The notes under the pieces: model-generated | Database searches by the model: none | Told to the model about the DNA's origin: nothing | What the model saw: the letters and a program-made list of their open reading frames with translations, nothing else | Position numbers and translations under genes: made by a program | Shown here: in pieces, positions 21,701 through 29,200 of the stretch | Position numbering within the stretch: the first letter of the stretch is position 1 | How the letters are laid out: each line of letters starts with the position of its first letter | Virus record (IMG/VR): IMGVR_UViG_3300034107_000490 | Coordinates: 5,422-69,421 of that record | Source: a virus | Length of the DNA: 64,000 nt | Strand: one strand, 5' to 3'

Positions 21701-24700
21701 AGATTAGCAACACCTGAGCAGAAAGAAGAGTTAGATTTAGCTTTAGCTGAAGTACGTAAATTACAAGGTAGTGGTATTGATTTTTCAAATGCAAACCCAC
21801 AAGAAATGGAAATACTACTTAAACCTTTTGATTTAGAAGATACTTTATACAGGTCAGTAGCAGGTGAGGTAGAAGCTAGAAATGTTGAGGAAAGACTCGG
21901 TTTATTTGATGAAGCAAGAAAAGGGACACTACTAGAAGATACAGCTGACATGTTTCCTTTTAGACAAAAGGTTTACTACTCTTCATTAGATTTAATTAAT
22001 ACTCAATACGGTGAACCTATTATTGATACAGCAATTGAAAAACTAAAGCAAACAGGTTTAGCGAGCAGAGTTAATCTAATGTCTCCTGATGAGATATATG
22101 AAAGATTAACATCTCTTGGTGTTAACTTAAGTTCAAAAAAACAAATATCTGCTTATCATGTATCTTCAAGTAAGTTTGATAAGTTTGATCCAAATTATGT
22201 AGGATACTCATACGGAACAAAATTTGGATGGGGACACTATTTTACAGCTACTCAAGATGTAGCAGAATATTTCAAAGACAATAGAAAAGTTACACTTAAA
22301 GTAGGTGGAAGAGAAATTACAGGGATGCCTGCTTCTATGTATGCTATAGGTATTCTTGATAATAAAGACAGTAAAGACGAATTTATAAAAAACATTAAAG
22401 ATTTCGCACCTGCTGCTTTAGCTAATGATTTTTTCTCAAAAGAAGACGTAGAAAATGTAGATTACTTAGTCGAGGAATTAAACAAAGGAAGTAAAGTAGA
22501 AGTAAACGGTAGAAATTTATATAAAGTATCCTTTGACGATAGTTCTTTTTTAACCTGGGATAAACCTGTAAGTAAAGAGATTATTACTAAACTACAAGGA
22601 AAGACTAAAGCTAATTTAAGTAAAGTCAAATCAGGGGAAGATTTATACACTGCTTTAGAGAATTCTGTAGGACATAAAAAAACTTCAAAAATTCTTTTAG
22701 AAAACGATATTTTAGGAATGAGGTATCCTTTAAATAAAGAACCAAATGATTTAGTTACAACTGTTGGAAGAGATTTAAATAAAGAGTATGGGTATGTAGT
22801 ATACGATGAAAATGCCATAACGATTGAGGAGGTAGTTAAGTTCCAAAAACAGTTATCAGAGGGGGAAGCAATCAATAAAGACGAATTAGCACAAGACTAC
22901 TTTACACGAGAAGCTGACCGATTACCGTTAACACTTGCAATATTCAACAGACCTGAGTTTGTTAAGATGCAAGGTAAAAGCGTAAATAAAATAGCGGTAC
23001 TAAACTCCTTAAATCAATCCGGAATAAAACAAATTGAGAAAGACTTAGTAAGAAGTGTTATAGAGGATTTCTACAAAGATCAACCTAAGGTTTCTTATGA
23101 TGAATTAGAGGCAACAGTACGAGCTAATATAATGCCACTTGAAGTATTGAACACAAACTCATACGCTAACTATGGTATGGATAATCTTAGCAATGGAGAT
23201 TATGGTGATGCTAATACAATTATATTTAATTCCCCAATAGAGCATGGTATAACAGGTCATTTCAAATCTAGCTTTACTAGTAATAATAGAGAGAAATTAA
23301 ACTATGAACCAAAACAACTTAACAATAATACTTGGGTTGCAGTTCAAGAGGGATATGAGAATCAAGCAAATGGTAATGACATATATCAGTATGTAGGAAC
23401 AGCAGGCACAAAAGAATCAGTTGATAGATGGATTTTTGAATATGAGAAGGCAAGCAACAATTTTCCAGAAGTCAATACAGATATCAATGAGGAAGGTTTA
23501 AAGTTTTCAATGTATACAGACATAGACGCAGAATATGGAATAGATAATGAAGTAGTTGAAGTATCCAAAAATGGATTCTCTCTTGGCGAAGCTTTCTTTG
23601 ATAGAGGTACAACACTTACAGATGATGTTAAGAGACGAGCTTTAGAAATGGTTAGAAGACGTAATATAATTCAAGACCCTAATTACAAAGCAGAACTTAG
23701 AGAAATAAACAAAGGTATGTTTGGACATATCCGTGTTTGGACCGATGGAGACATTTATCATGTTGCAGAACTTCAATCAGATTATTTCCAAAATAATAAC
23801 GCTAGAAAAAAAGCCTTAGATAGAAACACAGAGTATGCAGAAGCTTTTGCTGATAAATCTGATACTCTAATGAAGTTAAAAGAAAAAAGAGATTCTTCTA
23901 TAATTTCTCTAAAAGAAAATGGTTATATAAATGTATATGATAGAGAAGGAGCAAAATCTAAATCTGAAGTTTTTAGACCAATTAATTCTTTTGGACAAGA
24001 GGTTGGAAAAAGGGATGGAATAGAAGTAGTAAAGTTCGGCCTCTATTATGCATTAAGCATAAATGGGGAACTAAAAACTGGAAATGTATATCGTACAGAA
24101 GAACTTGCAGAAGAGCAGATTAAAAATGACTCTGAAAAAGCAGATAACTATAAGACAATAGATGAGACTCAACCACTTACAGAAGATGATATGCCTGAAG
24201 AACTTAAAGGTGCATTTAATTTTGTAACAAAGGATTTTTACACAGAAGAAAAAAGTATTGAAAAACAATTTAATAACACTGTTGAGTCTGTTATAGCTAA
24301 TTTACCTTTAGATGAAAAACAATTTATCGCATCTCAAAAAGAGTGGGAGAAAAGAATGGTTAGAGAGTCTTTAAGATTAGCTAGTTCAAGTGGTGCAAGC
24401 AAACTTAGATTACCTACTCCACATACACTAAGTGTTATCGAGGGATATATTTCTGGAGATGGGGCTCCTTATGAAATAATAAGTGCAGATGATTACAATA
24501 GATTAGCTCCTGGAGATAAAATTGATTATCTAGGTTCATCTCAAACAGTTATTTCAGCAGATAGGGATAGTATAGAAATAGTGTTGACCGAGGATGTCAT
24601 AAAGTATAACATAGAAGATTATGTAAATGATGAGTTAAACTATTTTACAAATGAAGTAATTAATTCTGAATCAGGATTAGATTTTGAGACTCAGTATACA

Positions 24701-25786
24701 GAAGAGGAATTTAATGATGCAGATAAGCACTCATCTCTAGATGGAGTAGACTTAGAGGATATTGCAGAAGAAGTAGAAGATGGTTTGTATGAAATATCTC
24801 GTGATAAATTAGAGCAAGTTGTTAGAGATTATTGGTCAATATTTTATAACGAAGACAACATAGACTCAATACTTAGTGACCAAGGGTATAGCAATATAAA
24901 TGTTAATGGAAATTTTGTTTACTTTACAACTAGAGATATAGACACAGAAACCCTAAGTCAACCAGATGAGTATTCAGATTCAGACAAAGATACTTTCTCC
25001 ATTAGTGACTTGAGTGATACACAGCAAACTGTTGCAAATAAATATGTAGAGTTAGCTGAAATACTAAGAAAAGAAGTAGGTGAAGAGAATGTAGAAACAG
25101 TAACTGATGATCAAGGTTATGATTGGTACGAGACAGATGTAGAAGATAAGTATTCTAATAAGGCTGTAATCGCTTTCCAACAAAAACTTTCTGAACAAGG
25201 TATTAAGCCAATAGTAAACGGATTTGTTTACAATAATGAGGTATTTTTAAATAAAGATACAGTTACTGAAGAAACTCCAATTCACGAGTTCAATCACTTG
25301 TTTACTGATTGGATGAAAAAAAATCGACCAAGTCTATACAATAAAGGTATTGAATTAGTGAAGGAAGAATTAAGTAAAGAGGACAGTGACATTGCATCAG
25401 TAATAAACTACGTTCAACAAACTCAACCAGATCTAACAGGCGAAAAACTTCTTGAGGAAATCCTTACAGAACTTACAGGTAGAGAGGGTGCAGCTTTAAT
25501 TGAAAGCGGTAAAAAATCTGGAATACTTGATTGGATCCGAAGCTTATTCAAAGAGATTGGAAATATGCTTGGTATCCTTGATGCAACCCCTGAACAAATT
25601 GCTAACATGACTACGAGAGAGTTTGCTAAATCAAGTGCTGTTCAATTATTAAAAGGCGAGGATATCCTAGCAAAAGCAATGAACTTGAGAGACTCTATTT
25701 CATACGCTTCAATGTTTGGATCGGTATACTCTCCGGTAAACGATACGGTAGATTCTGTAGCAGAAGAGTTGAGAGCTTGTAATTAA
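18779..25786 (+). CDS. Giant polyvalent-like protein, about 2335 aa, with two HExxH zincin motifs
   Basis: ORF track start TTG 18767; first ATG is at 18779, 3 nt after the upstream stop. HEIQHWIQQ at 21632–21658 and HEFNH at 25283–25297. Confidence 0.65.
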   Translation: MSINCRVSFKNNALEVVDKNGQPSALYYDALALTGNEDKAIDLWYKAFSQEFTEQVRLNKDDVTLDEVLKFVSANSSFGKSLEPAEIRSIKDIMDKNSFETLSDLYRTLVDIFKPQGIIELDTVKAYQSGLFDLQGLSEINLNEIDDILDKVEGTLRVTDIYVAPSSDSSASFIDTSRKTILGTPEFISQEDIEQEIVNNVESTKDEKEISSYINSLPYSSFADRFNKEGSFRTTILNNISKYTKVNTLFIVDGRPTTKNLNYYKSLVNTIGSNNNTEGLIADFEFLSGIDEDVWSQNQDEIKEVLREIEQDQFTENGIDIFGLSKFSSNKFLVIDTLNSLGEMLNNTTNETILNFSEKFIKVVPQPVSTTSELLPESLEPYAENIFRVDSALNDSELFRQFGLLKVSDNIYHKVDLGSRSNLYEELYQQAKETGYPISINAEDKEASLRDLEQHVLLQDSNVEKDIREEYNLNKIIFNHPKIQDTNDYLQLSDITTDTEYLVRDFARDFNDYIVTEKQVDSQLYRDTLSKFRVSDSGVSLAVPIKSIEGLEFEKELTDYIRLKKDQSMKYLLPSRPTNLKSRVDLQAINNPASVLNYSRQYAFDNGLLVTEKVSDNYVNFFGNTYAKVAEDSTNSVFKVVPKNLDANYYVTNTDFITSEDKENATQVLNDAKFSFTNPTLSEQEFEKSIEDAGIKNKVKFSIFGPKGAARLDAKEESSRRLDNLKTAIEMLGGKTFDQLYPKQKKAIKLATEWELGVDNKWKYESITDSKATLNLGINSIEDLDKKKKLSEVLDYPELFDAYPQIKNLKISVSEKGGSTGEATFSPSKNEIIIGVSKYKLENHFKEKENLDEISYLREEVFEALKFMAEKALRIGLLEKSGMSFSDALDKVAVQFTYEEQDIHLGVLSEAGLRDNDKFYELLNTLVDGLSGDIQDSEFDDFDAKTLTSVLHEIQHWIQQKEGFARGGNAYIALRLATPEQKEELDLALAEVRKLQGSGIDFSNANPQEMEILLKPFDLEDTLYRSVAGEVEARNVEERLGLFDEARKGTLLEDTADMFPFRQKVYYSSLDLINTQYGEPIIDTAIEKLKQTGLASRVNLMSPDEIYERLTSLGVNLSSKKQISAYHVSSSKFDKFDPNYVGYSYGTKFGWGHYFTATQDVAEYFKDNRKVTLKVGGREITGMPASMYAIGILDNKDSKDEFIKNIKDFAPAALANDFFSKEDVENVDYLVEELNKGSKVEVNGRNLYKVSFDDSSFLTWDKPVSKEIITKLQGKTKANLSKVKSGEDLYTALENSVGHKKTSKILLENDILGMRYPLNKEPNDLVTTVGRDLNKEYGYVVYDENAITIEEVVKFQKQLSEGEAINKDELAQDYFTREADRLPLTLAIFNRPEFVKMQGKSVNKIAVLNSLNQSGIKQIEKDLVRSVIEDFYKDQPKVSYDELEATVRANIMPLEVLNTNSYANYGMDNLSNGDYGDANTIIFNSPIEHGITGHFKSSFTSNNREKLNYEPKQLNNNTWVAVQEGYENQANGNDIYQYVGTAGTKESVDRWIFEYEKASNNFPEVNTDINEEGLKFSMYTDIDAEYGIDNEVVEVSKNGFSLGEAFFDRGTTLTDDVKRRALEMVRRRNIIQDPNYKAELREINKGMFGHIRVWTDGDIYHVAELQSDYFQNNNARKKALDRNTEYAEAFADKSDTLMKLKEKRDSSIISLKENGYINVYDREGAKSKSEVFRPINSFGQEVGKRDGIEVVKFGLYYALSINGELKTGNVYRTEELAEEQIKNDSEKADNYKTIDETQPLTEDDMPEELKGAFNFVTKDFYTEEKSIEKQFNNTVESVIANLPLDEKQFIASQKEWEKRMVRESLRLASSSGASKLRLPTPHTLSVIEGYISGDGAPYEIISADDYNRLAPGDKIDYLGSSQTVISADRDSIEIVLTEDVIKYNIEDYVNDELNYFTNEVINSESGLDFETQYTEEEFNDADKHSSLDGVDLEDIAEEVEDGLYEISRDKLEQVVRDYWSIFYNEDNIDSILSDQGYSNINVNGNFVYFTTRDIDTETLSQPDEYSDSDKDTFSISDLSDTQQTVANKYVELAEILRKEVGEENVETVTDDQGYDWYETDVEDKYSNKAVIAFQQKLSEQGIKPIVNGFVYNNEVFLNKDTVTEETPIHEFNHLFTDWMKKNRPSLYNKGIELVKEELSKEDSDIASVINYVQQTQPDLTGEKLLEEILTELTGREGAALIESGKKSGILDWIRSLFKEIGNMLGILDATPEQIANMTTREFAKSSAVQLLKGEDILAKAMNLRDSISYASMFGSVYSPVNDTVDSVAEELRACN

Positions 25787-25827
25787 TACAAAAAATCCTA
25801 TTATTTTTAAAACTAATACTATAATTA

Positions 25828-25835
25828 GTATATTT
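25828..25835 (+). promoter_or_regulatory. -7 promoter box TATATTTG 5 nt upstream of ATG 25841 (leaderless-type)
   Basis: TAnnTTTG consensus. Same arrangement as at 1185–1192. Confidence 0.45.
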
Positions 25836-25840
25836 GTCCT

Positions 25841-26233
25841 ATGGTAACTTTTAAAGCACATAGTAGAGGTGGTTTTGATTATTCGTTTAATAATTTAGAA
25901 ACGCTTGCCTCTGTAAAGATGGTATGGAATGTAATAACTAGGCCAATCTTTAAAGAAAGGTCTAGAGCATTCATAGGTCTAAAAGAATTCATGGATGATG
26001 GAGACGTTATTCAAGCAGGTATTTATGACAAGTTATACCGAATTGTCAAATTTGAGAAGATGGATCCAAAGGGTGGAAACATTTACCAAATTCATCGAGT
26101 TGACAATGCAAGTATAACTGAGTTCGATATTGATGCTACTAAAAAAGGACAAAAAGTAAAAATAAAAAACCGAAAGTCATACGAACAAATGTTTAATGAC
26201 TTCTTAATTTTTGACAAAAAAGATGGCGAATAA
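25841..26233 (+). CDS. Hypothetical protein, 130 aa
   Basis: Own promoter box. Sits between the giant ORFs. Confidence 0.5.
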   Translation: MVTFKAHSRGGFDYSFNNLETLASVKMVWNVITRPIFKERSRAFIGLKEFMDDGDVIQAGIYDKLYRIVKFEKMDPKGGNIYQIHRVDNASITEFDIDATKKGQKVKIKNRKSYEQMFNDFLIFDKKDGE

Positions 26234-29200
26234 TTGTTTAATAAAAGAGAATCCAGCTACTGGTATAGTAACTGAAGTAACTACTCCAGATGGACAACCT
26301 TCTAAATTATTTGAGGTTGCCTACAGTATACCTTTTACAGGTACAACAAATAAGGTAGCTAAAATTATAGACAATGCTTACACAGACGAAATAAAGTCTA
26401 TGTTTGAAGGTGCTACTAAATACAAGTATGAGACAGGTGAACCAATGTTATTTGTAAAAGATAGCAAAGGAAATGTATACAATGATTTCGACAACGCTGT
26501 TATAAAGGGAGATGTTAGTTCATTCTCTGTTGGTTTTATGAATCCACAGACAAACGAATTTATTAAAATAGAGTCATGGAGAACAGATGTATCAGACGCA
26601 GGTAAACATTTAGTAAGCCTAATTAAAGAAGGCCTTCTTTCTCCTAACCGAGTTTTAAAAGATGGTAAATTAATTTTTCAAGGAGAAGGACAATACCCTG
26701 AGTCTAGAAAAGCTAGTGCGCAAGGTGTTAAAACAAGCATAATATTTAATTTAGGAATTGGTAATATCGATATGTTTTCCGATGGTACAATGGATATCCA
26801 TTTTCCAACTAACACTGTTATTGCAATTTCTGAAAATGACGCAAAAGTTGTTCGTCTTGAAGATAAGCCATCTAAGCTTTATGCTTATGATAATTTTATT
26901 CAGCTTTCAGCAGCACATGCAATTAGTAAGAATGGTTTAAGACCACTTACAAAAGCAGCTAAATCTAATATTAAAAAAGAAGATCAAGCCCTCGTTAACT
27001 CTTTGAGAAATTTCTTGAAGGATATGGGATTTGAAGAATCTGTGATGAGTGCGTATTTAGAGAAGCACGCTATCAAATACGGAACAACTCCATCAGTATC
27101 CGCCTTATCAGACATGGCAGAGAAGATAGTTGCTATTGCAGAGGGAGAGGATATCGCAGAAAACTTAACAGAAGAAGTTGCACATATCGCATTGGAAGCA
27201 TTAGCTGAGAAGAACTCTTTAGTAGAAATATTGGCTAACATCCATTTTACAGAAGAGTACAAAGAAAACTACGAAACATATAAAGAAGCCTATTCTAAAC
27301 TACCTCAGTATCAAGATAAACAAGACTTGGATGATGCTATCCGTATGGAGATTGCAGGTAAAATTTTGGCTAAAGCGATCAGAGCAAGGTTTAATGCTGA
27401 GCAAGTCGTTCCTGAAGAAGCTAGTATTTTTGGTAAACTAAAAGAGCTTTGGAATAAATTTACAAATTACTTACAAAGCATATCTAAACCATACCACCGT
27501 AACGAACTAACTAGATTAAACCAAAAGATTGTTGACAGCATTATTAATCAGAATTTAGGGTTATTCAATAAAGACTTCTACAGTGATAGAATTTTTTACA
27601 ATGCAGCAACAGCTAAATCTAAAAAAATAGAATCAGACTTAAAAGCTGTTAAGACCGTTTTAAATAATGTGTTTAACAACATTTTAAAAACTAGTACACC
27701 GAATCAATCTGAATTGGACAAAATTGTTGATGATATGACTGAGCATAATATTATTAGCTCGATCAATGCAATCAACTCTATGGCTAAACTTCTATTGAAA
27801 CAGATAGGTGAAAACGTAAAATCAGCACTAGAAACAGACGGATTAATTCCAGTACAAGATGTAAACGTATTTAACGCATTAAAAGAAAATGTAATACCTA
27901 CCCTTGAAAAACTACGTAATCAAATAGATCCAAAAAAATTAACTATATCTAATCCAAAAGTTGCAAGTTCAAGAATTAATTTAATTGAGGACATTGGAGA
28001 AACAATCGATACCCTATCTAAACTAAACCCATCTATCCAAGAGGATTTCGGAAAACAGGTAGATAAAATTGTTAATGATGTATTGGCAGATACTGCCCTT
28101 ACCGATCAACAAAAAGAAGACCTTAAAAATGAAGTTTCCAACGGATTAAAAGACGTTAGCTTTTGGTCTAAGAATTTAGGTTTGGCATCTCAGTCAAACA
28201 ACCTTTACATCCAGTTAATACACCAACGAGTTGCACAACTTGTATCTGATACCAATGTTGAGGTAAAAATAAAAGGAGACGAGATAATTAGACGAATCTT
28301 TACAAAGGGGTTAAACAAATTTGCTAAAAGCATTATCAAGAAAGATGGCAAAAAGAATACAGCATATTTTTTAAGCCCAGTCAATCAAGCTAAGTTCGAT
28401 GAGGATATCCTTAACTTAAAAGCTAGTGTAATTGCAAATGTTACCGGAAAAGATCTTGCAACAATAAAAGAAGCTATAACAAAAGGAGCAAGTTCTGCAT
28501 CATTTTTTACAGATGAAGCTCAATCAATACAGTTTACTAAACAATTTAGAGACGGAAAAAAGCTTCTTACAGAACAAATAAGAAAATCAGATTACTACAC
28601 TCAGAGAGATAATCGTTTTATTAAAGCAGGTGCAGCTGACGTAACAAAGGAAACACTTGCATCTATTAGTTCTGATAGAGCAGCATTATATGGAAGAATT
28701 AGAAGGTCAGATGGTACAATTAACCGACAAGATTTAACTAAATCTGAGTTACTAGTAGAGGGATCTATTCAACAGAGGCACAAAATGTACAGAAGTGTTT
28801 ATGATCAAACAGGACAAATAAAAGAAGGTCTTAAACTTGTACGAAAATCAGAGTTAACCCAAGCTGAATTAAATCAAGTTACAGGTGGTCAATTTAAGTT
28901 ACCTGATAGTTATGATGGTTATGTTGTTACAACTCTTCCTGGTGTCTCAAAAGATAGTCTAGATGATTCAGCTAGAATAACTCTAGATATGAACACATTA
29001 AATTTATTGTATTTATCTGAGGTTTCAGGAAACGAAAAAACTAAAACACCAAGTAGAAAGTTCACCGAGCAATTAGAAGTTTTAGAAGATACAGGACAAG
29101 ATGCATTTGATTGGTTACGAGAAAACTCTTCTTTTACATTAACTCAAGAGTTTTATGACTCTGTTGGTCAAGGTAAAAAATACGTAGATAAAGCTCAGGA

